Virus record (IMG/VR): IMGVR_UViG_2859243816_000004
Coordinates: 1 to 64,000 of that record
From: an uncultured virus (IMG/VR IMGVR_UViG_2859243816_000004)
Taxonomy: Duplodnaviria > Heunggongvirae > Uroviricota > Caudoviricetes
DNA: 64,000 bases
Reading direction: 5' to 3' (one strand)
A program made the position numbers and the translations under genes. Of the stretch, positions 30,158-39,843 are shown piece by piece; within the stretch, counting starts at the first letter, position 1; each line of letters opens with the position of its first letter. The notes beneath the pieces were generated by a model. That model was given only the letters and a program-made list of their open reading frames with translations, was not told where the DNA came from and ran no database searches.

Positions 30158-30840
30158 GCCGCCTGCCCCCCTGCAATATGTTCAGCCCACAAACCACCAA
30201 TCCAGCGTACTCCCTTGGCAGTGAAACGCGTCTGGCTGAATGCGTGATTGGATGTGCTCGATGTTCCCGTCTTAACTTCAAATCTTCCCGCGGAAATGTG
30301 CTGCGCCATGGGGGTAAGTGTGCCGCCGAGGCGATACAGGATATTGCGTTCAATGAGGAACAGGCGGAACTCGGTTTCTTTGGCGTTAAGCAATTTGGCT
30401 ACCTGCCGGAATGACATGGAGCCTTTTGCAGAGCAATAACGATCAACAAACTCCACTTTTGGCGCCGCAGCTTCCAGCTGGATGGTCAGTTGCTCTTTCT
30501 GCTCGGCTAAATCAGCAGCCAGACGAAGCGCTTCCGGCAATGAGCGGGGAACACTGACACTCAGCCCTTCTTCCAGTTCCTGCCAGCGATCGACGACCGC
30601 GGCGGTAAATTCAGGTGACAATCTGGCAACAATCACCAGAGAGTCGCGTTTGTTAAAACGATACTCCTGGTACACATTACCGTTATGCTCAAAATCGAAC
30701 TGCGCCAACGGCGCGGTTAAAATTCCCGCAGCAACAAGACGCTCAGCCGAGCGTTTCACGTCACTGTGTTTACTCTGAACCAGATCCGCAATATCACGGC
30801 TGGACATTGTTACTACACCATTCACGATTAACTGGCTCAT
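30154..30840 (-). CDS. Rha-like/KilAC antirepressor-family protein
   Basis: MSSRDIA N-terminus; PRSLPEALRLAADL, PKVEFVD and FTAKG. Confidence 0.85.
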   Translation of the reverse strand: MSQLIVNGVVTMSSRDIADLVQSKHSDVKRSAERLVAAGILTAPLAQFDFEHNGNVYQEYRFNKRDSLVIVARLSPEFTAAVVDRWQELEEGLSVSVPRSLPEALRLAADLAEQKEQLTIQLEAAAPKVEFVDRYCSAKGSMSFRQVAKLLNAKETEFRLFLIERNILYRLGGTLTPMAQHISAGRFEVKTGTSSTSNHAFSQTRFTAKGVRWIGGLWAEHIAGGQAA

Positions 30841-30853
30841 ACTTTTCTCCATA

Positions 30854-31240
30854 TCAGGCGGCTGCACCCGCCGGTTCATATCTGCTGATCGTTATCTCTA
30901 CCCGACCTTTCGGCACAACGGGTCCCCATTCCACCAGCATGCGCTTAATCTGGCTGTCGTCTTCCCAGACACCCGCATGCGTCAGCGCGTCAAACAGGGC
31001 TTTGTTGTAATTATCGATATCCCGACGGCGCGCATCCGGCGGGTACAGAGTGATTTCTACCGCTGCCAGTTCAGTCGATGGCTTCGGGAGACGTCGTAAT
31101 TGCTCAATGATCGCCACGCAGGCAGCGCTCTGGTATTTACGACCATCAGCGCTAATGAGGTGACGACCGGCCAGCGGCCCCTTGTTAGGGGCGCGCCAGT
31201 AAGTGTTCACGCTCGGAGGGAACGGGAGCACAAGTTTCAT
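30854..31240 (-). CDS. rusA: RusA Holliday junction resolvase
   Basis: PFPPSVNTYWR, RRRDIDNYNKALFDAL and EDDSQI. Confidence 0.92.
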   Translation of the reverse strand: MKLVLPFPPSVNTYWRAPNKGPLAGRHLISADGRKYQSAACVAIIEQLRRLPKPSTELAAVEITLYPPDARRRDIDNYNKALFDALTHAGVWEDDSQIKRMLVEWGPVVPKGRVEITISRYEPAGAAA

Positions 31241-33171
31241 GCCACCTCCTGCTGTTGCACTGCACACAGTTCCGGAAGATTTGCCTCAACCAGCGCCCTG
31301 GCGAATGGTGGTGGTACCGCATTACCGCAGCGGGCTACCTGCTTATCTTTTGCATAGCGATTTCCACGGTAGTCCTGATCAATAACGTAACCATCCGGGA
31401 AGCCCTGCGCTTTGTAGAGTTCATGCGGCTGCAACATGCGCATTCCGATATCAACGATCTGGTATTTAACCCCATCGATCGTTACCAGCCATTCATCGTC
31501 ACTTTCCCCGCAATACGTCTCGAGAAATGTGCGTACCTCACCCACGTGTTGGCCACCAGCAGTGATTGTTGGCATTGGCACATCAAGGCGTTGCCCGTCG
31601 CGGCATGTTCCACGCAGTTTCACCAGATGAGAGGCAACTACCGCATGATGGTCGACAGTGGTCACTGAATGCGCGGGTTCATCCATACTGACACCCGGCC
31701 CCGTATAGTTACCGCCGTAGTGTTTCGCCAGGAACGCGCTCACCGTCGCAAATTTATTTCCGCCTGCAGTAACGGTCCCCAGCGGGTTATCCAGTCGCAG
31801 CACACGCGGTTCTTGTCCAGGTCGTTCGCCATAACCCATCTGAATCAGCGTAGGCGTTACCAGTTGAGATTTACCGCCACCACCAGCGGTGATGGTTGCG
31901 CTCGGTTCGTCTGCACGGTGGCCGACGCTGGCCCCAAACTGGCGGGCTATCACTGGCGCAACAAGACAGGCTCGGGATTGCTTCAGAATGGTATGAGCAG
32001 GTTTATTCAGCGGGCGCGGTTTAGCCTGGTATTCACTACCACCATTACCCGCCAGGAATGGTGTCAATGCAGCCTCAACAATCCCGAGAGCATGCCCGTT
32101 CCCGCCCGGGCGTTTTGACGTGCCAGCGGTTACCGTCGGAACAGGTTCGGTAACGGGCTGCCCGGTTGCGCCAGTGCGGAATTTTGTCAGGTGTGGAACG
32201 GCTAACGCGTAGCCGAGTTTTTTAGTAATGGTCTGTAATGGCTCATTCAGTGACTGTCCGCGAAAAGCGTCATACGCATTTTTTGAGCTCGTGTGGTTGC
32301 ACTTCACGATAAACGGCGACGCACTTTCGATAACAAAGCGCTGTATGCCGCGTGCGATCCGCTTCAGAGTGTTCTCCGCCAGCGGTTTTTTGCGGTCGAA
32401 GATGGACAGAGCCGGAACATTCCAGTCGATACATTCCGCAGCGGTACGCCATGGCATCAGCCTGCCGCTCTGCACCTCCAGTGACTTGGGATCCCCATGG
32501 GTAACAGCAGGCCACTGAATAGGGCAACCATCGCAGCGCATAACCATGAAGAAGCGTTTGCGGATCGTCGGCGCGCCGTAATCACACGCGCGCAGTTCGC
32601 GATAATCAACATCATATCCAAGCCCTTCCACCAGCTGTTTGGCCTGCGTGCTGCCAGGATCAATAGCAAGAAATTCGCAGACCTCCGCCAGTGCCGGGTG
32701 ATCGGCAGGAATGCCAGTGGAAAGCATGCCGACAAAAGCATTGAATGTTTCGCCAGTGCGGGCAGGGTCTGGACGCATTTCATCGGCCAGCAGCGGTCCC
32801 CACGTTTTAAACTCTTCCACGTTCTCCAGCATCATCACGCGCGGTCGCTTCGCCAGTGCCCAACGCAGAACGATCCAGGCCAGACCGCGTATCTCTTTTT
32901 TCACAGGCTTTGCGCCTTTGGCCTTTGAGAAGTGTCGGCAGTCCGGGCTAAACCATGCCAGGCCAACAGGATTGCCGCCGGTGGCGGCTACCGGATCCAC
33001 GTCAAATACGGATTCACAGTAATGCAGTGTGTCAGGGTGGTTCGTCTTGTGCATCGCAATGGCGTTTTCGTCGTGGTTGATCGCAATATCCACGCTGCGT
33101 CCGATCGCCAGTTCAATACCCGTTGATGCACCACCGCCACCAGCAAAGTTATCAACGATAATCTCACGCAT
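31237..33171 (-). CDS. DNA cytosine-5 methyltransferase
   Basis: FAGGGG, SPDC, ENV, R.R and GNAV motifs. Confidence 0.9.
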   Translation of the reverse strand: MREIIVDNFAGGGGASTGIELAIGRSVDIAINHDENAIAMHKTNHPDTLHYCESVFDVDPVAATGGNPVGLAWFSPDCRHFSKAKGAKPVKKEIRGLAWIVLRWALAKRPRVMMLENVEEFKTWGPLLADEMRPDPARTGETFNAFVGMLSTGIPADHPALAEVCEFLAIDPGSTQAKQLVEGLGYDVDYRELRACDYGAPTIRKRFFMVMRCDGCPIQWPAVTHGDPKSLEVQSGRLMPWRTAAECIDWNVPALSIFDRKKPLAENTLKRIARGIQRFVIESASPFIVKCNHTSSKNAYDAFRGQSLNEPLQTITKKLGYALAVPHLTKFRTGATGQPVTEPVPTVTAGTSKRPGGNGHALGIVEAALTPFLAGNGGSEYQAKPRPLNKPAHTILKQSRACLVAPVIARQFGASVGHRADEPSATITAGGGGKSQLVTPTLIQMGYGERPGQEPRVLRLDNPLGTVTAGGNKFATVSAFLAKHYGGNYTGPGVSMDEPAHSVTTVDHHAVVASHLVKLRGTCRDGQRLDVPMPTITAGGQHVGEVRTFLETYCGESDDEWLVTIDGVKYQIVDIGMRMLQPHELYKAQGFPDGYVIDQDYRGNRYAKDKQVARCGNAVPPPFARALVEANLPELCAVQQQEVA

Positions 33172-34045
33172 GGGTTACCCCCTGCATGCTGCCAACAAGA
33201 CCACGCGCAATTGTGATAATTTCGCTGGTGGCCGTTCGTTCCAGCCAGAGTTGATTGATGTTGGCTTTCAGTTTGTTCTGCTGGGCCTCGCTCAATACAT
33301 CAACGCCTTCCACCTGGTTAAACACCAGACCAACCTCGAGAGGCCAGATTCGTGACTCAGTTTCCGGTGTTGCTGCTGGTTCCTTAGCTGCCTGCATTGC
33401 AATTGTTTGCTCTTTACCAACGGCGAATTGAGCCAAAGCCATAAACGCCCGCCCTTTTTCTTCCAGTTCGGTACGGCTGATGTAGCTGAAACGCTCTCCG
33501 CGCCATGACTTATCAAAGATTGCAATAGCACCAGCAAAGAAAGCACCAGTGGGCTTCTGCTTATCATCAGCAGGAACAAACCACACAGGGAGATCGAAGC
33601 CAATACGACCGCGGATAAACATGATGTGATCGGCATCTTCCGGCCACCATGTTTCACTTGTCGCCGCTTTAATGAGGAACACGTAACGCCCACTCTTTTC
33701 ACGCATTTCCATTGTGCGATCCATGATGTGGGTCATGCCGGTTATCGCCTGTTTCTCGTGGTACTGCGAACGGCTATATGGTGGATTACCGAATGCGGCC
33801 CCGCCGATTGATTCCAGCATTTCCGCCCAATCTTGTACCAGCGCGTTATCTTCGGCGGTGTACCACACAGGGCACTTAGCGTTATCGTCATCAGCAAAGA
33901 GATCCAGCGTCAGCGGGCCGAACATCGCATTAATGCCCCAAAAAAGCAGGTCCGGTGTCCGCCACTGATCGCCAACTTCTTTCAATTCGTGGGCTGGTTG
34001 GCTACGTAGTGCCACCAGCGCCTGGCAATATTTGTTTAACGTCAT
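33164..34045 (-). CDS. phage N6-adenine methyltransferase (phage Dam family)
   Basis: DQWRTP, LDLFA, NPPYS and GRIGF. Confidence 0.9.
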   Translation of the reverse strand: MTLNKYCQALVALRSQPAHELKEVGDQWRTPDLLFWGINAMFGPLTLDLFADDDNAKCPVWYTAEDNALVQDWAEMLESIGGAAFGNPPYSRSQYHEKQAITGMTHIMDRTMEMREKSGRYVFLIKAATSETWWPEDADHIMFIRGRIGFDLPVWFVPADDKQKPTGAFFAGAIAIFDKSWRGERFSYISRTELEEKGRAFMALAQFAVGKEQTIAMQAAKEPAATPETESRIWPLEVGLVFNQVEGVDVLSEAQQNKLKANINQLWLERTATSEIITIARGLVGSMQGVTHA

Positions 34046-34899
34046 CCTCTGAACCCCTCTGGAATCGTTGTTTCAACCGGACCAAAAGCCATCACATCGC
34101 GCTTTTTCGCTCCCCAGTCAGCACGTTTAGGCCGTCCCTTCTGCTCCCAGCGGGTAGCGCTTTGCAGATAGCTCTCGAATTTCTTCGGGCCAAACAGCGT
34201 TTCCGGTCGCATGTACTGGTACTGCTCGTCGTTCTCGTGCCAGTGCTCATGCTTCAGGTCGATAACAAGTTGCAGGTCTGCAACGCTGTATCCCTCACGC
34301 AGCCGGGCACGGATGTTCTCCAGGGATGTTTTTGATTTCTGATACCGGGATCCGCTGATTTGGTTCAAATGGGTCAGAACCAAAATTGCCTGATCAGTAA
34401 TCACGACTTCAGGGTCTGGTTGCGCCGCAACCGGACAAGAGGGTTTTGAAGTTACTTGTGGATCTTGTTTTGATTTTACTGACGGATCCCCGCCAGATTC
34501 TGACGGGTCAAAACCGCCGTTTTTGCCAGATTTCGACGGGTCAGTTTTTGAGGCGTCAAATTTTGATGCGTCAGATTTTGACGTGTCAGAATCTGACAGT
34601 TGAGAAAATGCGGCAGCCTGAAGTTTCGCCACATTCAGGCGGTAAACGTTCGAAGCATTACGGTTACCATTACGGCGCTGTGTACGCGTGAGCCAGCCAT
34701 CTTTTTCAAGCTTAGCGATTGCCGTTCTGATAGTGCTCGGCCCTGCGCCAAGCTGGCGAGCGATAGTTTCAATGGACGGCCAGCACACCCCCTCATCGCT
34801 GCTGAAATCAGCAAGGCGAGCCATGATCGCGACACTAGACAACTTCATGCCCGACGCCGCGCAACCATCCCATACGTAGCCGGTTAATTTAGTGCTCAT
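34042..34899 (-). CDS. replication initiator (HTH plus conserved phage C-terminus)
   Basis: ADFSSDEGVCWPS HTH; YMRPETLFG; internal iterons. Confidence 0.85.
   Translation of the reverse strand: MSTKLTGYVWDGCAASGMKLSSVAIMARLADFSSDEGVCWPSIETIARQLGAGPSTIRTAIAKLEKDGWLTRTQRRNGNRNASNVYRLNVAKLQAAAFSQLSDSDTSKSDASKFDASKTDPSKSGKNGGFDPSESGGDPSVKSKQDPQVTSKPSCPVAAQPDPEVVITDQAILVLTHLNQISGSRYQKSKTSLENIRARLREGYSVADLQLVIDLKHEHWHENDEQYQYMRPETLFGPKKFESYLQSATRWEQKGRPKRADWGAKKRDVMAFGPVETTIPEGFRG
34480..34603. repeat. origin iterons inside the initiator gene
   Basis: near-palindromic TGAC-NN-GTCA-like units at 34501, 34534, 34549, 34564, 34579 and 34594 (15-bp period). Confidence 0.75.
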
Positions 34900-35068
34900 G
34901 ATCGTCCGTTATCTCCCTGAACTTTTGCCTGAAATGCTCAAGTGGGCTGAAGCATTCGTGTGGGTAGCCATCACGCAGATAGATAACGCGCTGTGTTTCT
35001 GGCTCCCAGCGAATAACACGGACTTGCACTCCGCGGTGGTCTTTGAACCTTCGGTTAAGTTCGCGCAC
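34889..35068 (-). CDS. DUF4222 protein
   Basis: MRELNRRFKDHRGVQVRVIRWEPETQRVIYLRDGYPHECFSPLEHFRQKFREI (GTG start). Confidence 0.75.
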   Translation of the reverse strand: MRELNRRFKDHRGVQVRVIRWEPETQRVIYLRDGYPHECFSPLEHFRQKFREITDDHEH

Positions 35069-35240
35069 TGGCGTTTTGCCCTCCGGTTGTAGACCCCCAC
35101 AATTGAAACCGCCCTACTGTGGTTACACGGAATCCAGCGGTTTGATAATCTGCGTTCATACCGAAACAACGGAGTACCCGAAACCGGGATCATCCTTAGT
35201 TGCGGTAGACGGTTAAAAGCCGTTAAACTGCTCATGCGGA

Positions 35241-35792
35241 TTATTTCTCCATACTCGAAGAGTTGTTCGCCAAGGCGCCCGGAGCTGCACACTCGCGGGC
35301 GTCACTCTTTTCAGCGACACAAAAAACTCGATAAAGAAGCGCTACGTGCTCCTGGAACTTCGCGATAACCTGATAGCTGTTTTCCTCAATCTGAGCACGC
35401 TCATCTGCGTCAATTACCCCATCAGCCGTGGCTTTACGCACAAAATTAGAATGACGACCTATCCATTCGATGGACTCCATCAGGCGCTGGTTGATATCGG
35501 CGTTATCCAGATCATCAACATCTGCCAGCGGTACAAATACGCCCTGAGAATGGCGCGCAACGGCATCAGCGATATGAGTTGAACCACCAGCACGTTGTAA
35601 AACCATTGCCCAGCCCAGCGGGAAGATCTGGTCGCCATCAACACGAAGGCGGTTAAACAATGCGTTCTCTGTCACACCCAACCATTCCGCCGCCTCAGCA
35701 TATCCACCAGGCAGATCGGTAATCGTTTTTTTAATTGCTACCACCAGCCAAGAAGGCTGACGTTCGACTTTCCAAATAGGTTCGTTACCCAC
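35241..35792 (-). CDS. YmfL-family (CII-position) regulator
   Basis: GGYAEAAEWLGVTENALFNRLR; ADGVID. Confidence 0.85.
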   Translation of the reverse strand: MGNEPIWKVERQPSWLVVAIKKTITDLPGGYAEAAEWLGVTENALFNRLRVDGDQIFPLGWAMVLQRAGGSTHIADAVARHSQGVFVPLADVDDLDNADINQRLMESIEWIGRHSNFVRKATADGVIDADERAQIEENSYQVIAKFQEHVALLYRVFCVAEKSDARECAAPGALANNSSSMEK

Positions 35793-35814
35793 GGCTTACT
35801 CCTTTTTCCTGTGG

Positions 35815-36018
35815 TTACTGGTTAGCAGATACGCCTGTAACCTTGTGATATAGGGATGCGTCATACTTAAGTTTCCCATTAGTAATTCTCTCTATTACGA
35901 AGGCTTGCTTCTCAGGGATGACCTTTCCCCAACGACATACGGCAGGGTGTGAGATATTCAAAGCAACAGCGGTTTTAGAGATACCGCCAAAATGCTTTAC
36001 GACTTCGGACTTATACAT
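35815..36018 (-). CDS. cro: Cro-like repressor
   Basis: small HTH protein divergent from cI. Confidence 0.85.
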   Translation of the reverse strand: MYKSEVVKHFGGISKTAVALNISHPAVCRWGKVIPEKQAFVIERITNGKLKYDASLYHKVTGVSANQ

Positions 36019-36048
36019 AGTTCCTCCGGTGTTATGAATGAACTAAAG

Positions 36049-36111
36049 GTAACAAAAGGTACATCAAATAGCAAACAACAGTTACAAGCAAAGGGTGTAA
36101 CATTGGTTACA
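36049..36111. promoter_or_regulatory. OR operators
   Basis: GTAAC-N4-G(G/T)TAC boxes at 36049, 36072 (degenerate) and 36097. Confidence 0.75.
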
Positions 36112-36769
36112 TGAAAACAGAGATGAAAGACCGCATCAGATCCAGACGAATCCAGCTGGATATAACCCAATTAGCACTGGCTAAAAAGCTTGGTGTAAGC
36201 CGTGTATCGGTTACAAAATGGGAAAACGGCACGACAAAGCCTGATGGTGAGAACCTTCACCAGTTGGCTCAGGCTCTATCAACAACACCAGAGTGGATAC
36301 TCTATGGAAGCGGTGATGAGGCCATTGACGACACGCGCGTCGTGCCTTTTTTGAAACCCCCTGTAGCTGTACCGATCATATCGGCAGTTCAAGCTGGTTT
36401 ATGGACGGATAGCTATGCCTGCTCAAGACTTACAGACGTGATTTCCTGGACTCAAACAACTGCAAATGTATCGGATGAAGCGTTTGGGTTAGTAGTCCGC
36501 GGGAGTCGATGACTAACCCGCAAGGACTTCCATCTATACCTGAAGGTTCTATTGTAATAGTCGAGCCCCATTATGGGCAGCTTGATGATCTATATGGGAA
36601 AATAGTCGTTGCTATATTGGATGGGACATCAGAAGCAACGGTTAAAAAATTAGTTTGGGATAGCCCCTACTCATACCTAATGCCACTGAATCCGTTATTT
36701 AAGCCAATCCAAATTGATGGCAACTGTCGCATTGTCGGAAAAGTTGTACAAATCACTCAAAACATCTAA
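36111..36769 (+). pseudogene. cI: CI/LexA-family repressor split by a 1-bp frameshift
   Basis: HTH plus AG cleavage site in 36111-36512; S24 remainder in 36509-36769; CGC GGG AG TCG ATG lacks one base of the expected RGESM. Confidence 0.85.
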
Positions 36770-36822
36770 CCCCTTCAAAATTAAGAGCCGAGCATAGCCT
36801 CGGCTTTTTTACATTCCCAAAG

Positions 36823-36901
36823 GTAACATAAAGTACATTACCCGCTTGACCACAAAGGTAACTAAAGGTACATTTAAATCATCAAACGTAATCATTGGTA
36901 C
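36823..36901 (+). promoter_or_regulatory. OL operators and pL
   Basis: operator boxes at 36823, 36858 and 36888; TTGACC-N17-TACATT at 36846-36874. Confidence 0.75.
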
Positions 36902-37151
36902 GTTTGGTGAAGATAACAAATGCCTTGTATCACTATTCTGGCGGCCCAGAGTTTTCCCTTTTGTCTGGTTACCGCCAGCCTTTTTCAGGGCACAACAGGT
37001 AAAAGCATTCCCGCCACACGAGGCTGAAACCCAAGCGCCATGTGGATGCGCCGAAAAGCTATGACGTGGCGTTGGTAGAAGATCGGAGTGCTCTTTCCGT
37101 TGTGTATGGAGAAAGTTCGGCGGTGGCAGCCGCCATAACGAGGGTAAAACC

Positions 37152-37523
37152 ATGAGTAATGACCGCATGACCGTAGTGCCAGATTTTCTTGGCGAACTGG
37201 ATGCCGGCGTGTTCATGAACAAAATCGCGGCAGCACTTAATACCACCGCGCTTGGCGTTCTGAACAATGGCAACAAAGGCAAAGTAGTCCTCACCTTTGA
37301 TTTTGAGCGTATGGGTAATTCCGTTGAAGAGAAGCGCGTGAAGATCAAGCACAAGCTGAACTACAGCACCCCGACACCGCGTGGTAAAGCCTCAGAAGAG
37401 GACACAACCGAAACCCCGATGTGGGTCAACAAAGGCGGGAAGCTCACCATCCTACAGGAAGACCAGGGCAACTTGTTTACCCTCGGCGGGGATCCGGACG
37501 GAAAGTTACGCGCGGCGAAATAA
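37152..37523 (+). CDS. YfdP-like phage protein
   Basis: FLGELDAGVF...TETPMWVNKGGKL, upstream of YfdQ. Confidence 0.7.
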   Translation: MSNDRMTVVPDFLGELDAGVFMNKIAAALNTTALGVLNNGNKGKVVLTFDFERMGNSVEEKRVKIKHKLNYSTPTPRGKASEEDTTETPMWVNKGGKLTILQEDQGNLFTLGGDPDGKLRAAK

Positions 37524-37580
37524 GCCGCGCTTGATAGCCCATAGTTTCAGTTTTTCTACATCTATCTTTAAGGAATTTTT

Positions 37581-38399
37581 ATGTCTCAGTTAGACAGCGG
37601 TACCTTCAAGCAGGTCAAAGACCTGGTTCTTTCCGGTTATCACCTGAATGATATTCATGGCCTGGCTTGCCCGACCGCATTACTGCCAGAGGGTACTGGC
37701 ATTGAAAGCCTCGAGCGCTTTTCTCTGGAGCGTTTCCGCTTTCGTGGTGCAATGACCACAACCAGTATTGACGACTTCGCACGTTATTCTAAAGGCTATG
37801 CCAGCGACAGTGAGCCAGCTCGTTGCTTCATTGACGCTGACAACATGACCGCCCGTTCAGTGTTCAACATCGGAACCCTGGATAATCCCGGTCACGCCGA
37901 TAACGTTGCTCTGAAGAAAACCGCCCCGTTCCGCGCGTTACTGCAGATCGATGGTCAACGTCTTAAGCAAAAGCAAATTGCTGAATGGCTGGAAGACTGG
38001 AGCGATTACCTGCTGGCGTTTGATGCTGATGGCAATACGATGCAGATTTCCCAGGCGGCTCAAGCTGTGCGTCGTATCACTATTCAGCAAGCAACACAGC
38101 AGGACCATGAAACTGGTGATTTCGCTGGTAAAAAATCGCTGATGCAAAGCGTTGAAGCAAGCAGCAAAGACGTAATGCCTGTGGCGTTCGAGTTCAAATG
38201 TGTGCCGTATGAAGGTCTGGGCGAACGCCGCTTTAACTTGCGTAACAGCCTGCTGACCAGCGATGAACCCTGCTTTGTTCTGCGCATCGTCCAACTTGAA
38301 GCCCAGGAAGAAGAGATCGCCAACGAATTCCGCGATTTGCTGATCAGCAAGTTCGAAGGTGAATCAGTGGAAACTTTCATCGGTAACTTTAAAGCCTAA
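37581..38399 (+). CDS. YfdQ/DUF2303 protein
   Basis: RFRFRG, AEWLEDW and CVPYEGL. Confidence 0.85.
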   Translation: MSQLDSGTFKQVKDLVLSGYHLNDIHGLACPTALLPEGTGIESLERFSLERFRFRGAMTTTSIDDFARYSKGYASDSEPARCFIDADNMTARSVFNIGTLDNPGHADNVALKKTAPFRALLQIDGQRLKQKQIAEWLEDWSDYLLAFDADGNTMQISQAAQAVRRITIQQATQQDHETGDFAGKKSLMQSVEASSKDVMPVAFEFKCVPYEGLGERRFNLRNSLLTSDEPCFVLRIVQLEAQEEEIANEFRDLLISKFEGESVETFIGNFKA

Positions 38400-38527
38400 T
38401 TGCTCTGCATTAAATCCCCGGCGCCGCGGGGATTTATTGAAGCGTAATTCCATTAATTATCGCCACCCGGCGAGGGATTCGTGCAACCAAAATCTGCGCG
38501 GTGCAGCGCGCCAATATGGAGAAAACT

Positions 38528-39067
38528 ATGAGCTACATTCAGACATTATCCGGTAAAAAATTTAACTACCTGACCGCCACAGTCGACGATATCGATGTTG
38601 AGGATATCGCGACTGCTCTTTCCAACATCTGTCGATTCGCTGGGCATCTGCCAGAGTTCTACAGCGTGGCCCAGCACTCTGTGCTTGTAAGCCAGATTGT
38701 GCCGCCAGAGTTCGCCTTTGAAGCGCTGATGCACGACGCTGCGGAGGCATATTGCCAGGATATTCCAGCCCCGCTCAAAGCCTTGCTGCCTGACTACCAG
38801 CGCATGGAAACTTATATTGATGGTCTTATCCGCTTTAAATTCGGTATATCTCTTGAACAAGCTGCTGTCGTGAAATATGCCGATCTAACCATGTTAGCTA
38901 CCGAGCGCCGTGATCTGGAAATCGATGACGGTTCGAAGTGGGAAATTCTCGAAGGTATTCCCTGCTCTGATCTCGTTCAGGTTATCCCTCTCCGTCCTGG
39001 TCAAGCCTATGGCCTGTTCATGAACCGCTTTAACGAACTGGTGGAGCTGCGCCAATGCGCCGCATGA
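38528..39067 (+). CDS. HD-domain 5'-deoxynucleotidase (YfdR-like)
   Basis: CRFAGH..YSVAQHS..LMHDAAEAY. Confidence 0.85.
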   Translation: MSYIQTLSGKKFNYLTATVDDIDVEDIATALSNICRFAGHLPEFYSVAQHSVLVSQIVPPEFAFEALMHDAAEAYCQDIPAPLKALLPDYQRMETYIDGLIRFKFGISLEQAAVVKYADLTMLATERRDLEIDDGSKWEILEGIPCSDLVQVIPLRPGQAYGLFMNRFNELVELRQCAA

Positions 39068-39231
39068 AGGTAAAAGAACTCGTTGCGGAGGCTTTTGCCT
39101 CCGTTGCTGAACTGCCACCAAAGCATGCACCGCTTATGCGCGAAGTCGCCACCAGACTGGACGCTACGTTCGCAGCATTAAAAGAGTCTCTGGTGCAACT
39201 GGAACAGGAACGTAAAGGTAAAACGCCATGA
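39064..39231 (+). CDS. small hypothetical phage protein
   Basis: 55-aa ORF coupled by ATGA overlaps on both sides. Confidence 0.65.
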   Translation: MKVKELVAEAFASVAELPPKHAPLMREVATRLDATFAALKESLVQLEQERKGKTP

Positions 39232-39482
39232 CCGTATTTGAATATCTCCAGGCTCATCCGAATACCACCAGCGGTGAAATCGCCAAAGGTATGAACAAAA
39301 AGACACCCGCGGTCGCTGGCGCATTATCGCAACTCTATGGCACCGGCCGGATCGTGAAGTCAGGTGTTCGCAAGGGCATTCCAACATACCGTGTTAACGA
39401 TATGCCGTTTGGGTGCAGTAACAGCCTAACCATGATGTTTAACCAGCTATTGAATAGAGCCAGACAGGGAGCAGCACAATGA
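39228..39482 (+). CDS. small winged-HTH phage protein
   Basis: HPNTTSGEIAKGM HTH-like; ATGA coupling. Confidence 0.6.
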   Translation: MTVFEYLQAHPNTTSGEIAKGMNKKTPAVAGALSQLYGTGRIVKSGVRKGIPTYRVNDMPFGCSNSLTMMFNQLLNRARQGAAQ

Positions 39483-39595
39483 TTACTGGAACTTCAAATT
39501 ACGATGAGACGCCGCTAGTTATCTGCCCTGTTTGTGGCGGGTATTACAAAGCCGATGAGCCAGAAAACCACGATTGCCAGGAGGGATGCCAGTGA
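39479..39595 (+). CDS. 38-aa Zn-finger-like protein
   Basis: MITGTSNYDETPLVICPVCGGYYKADEPENHDCQEGCQ*; coupled overlaps. Confidence 0.55.
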   Translation: MITGTSNYDETPLVICPVCGGYYKADEPENHDCQEGCQ

Positions 39596-39843
39596 AAGAT
39601 GAAGATTTAGACCGTTGCCCTCGATGCAAAGAGGATATGTGGGCTGGCAATGACCTATGCCGGAACTGTCAGCGTGAAGACGAACTTGAAGAGTGGCCTG
39701 GCGGTGATGGTAATCCTTTTTGTAATAACAACAGTCAGGATGATTTATCTCCCCCAGATGAATTTACCTGTAGCGAGTGTGGATTTGTAACCGATGACCC
39801 AGAAGGACGCCACTACTGCTGCGAGGACAACAGTAATGAATAA
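39592..39843 (+). CDS. acidic Cys-rich protein
   Basis: CPRC/CRNC and CSEC/HYCC; GTGA overlap. Confidence 0.6.
   Translation: MKDEDLDRCPRCKEDMWAGNDLCRNCQREDELEEWPGGDGNPFCNNNSQDDLSPPDEFTCSECGFVTDDPEGRHYCCEDNSNE

Noticed and set aside
34480..34603. CRISPR-like array
   Set aside because: 15-bp period inside the initiator gene with no spacers; these are iterons
37010..37075. hammerhead ribozyme in the pL leader
   Set aside because: CTGAAAC does not match the CUGANGA core
37890..37930. possible short in-frame deletion in YfdQ (ADNVA-LKKTAP)
   Set aside because: based only on recollection of homologs; cannot be supported without an alignment
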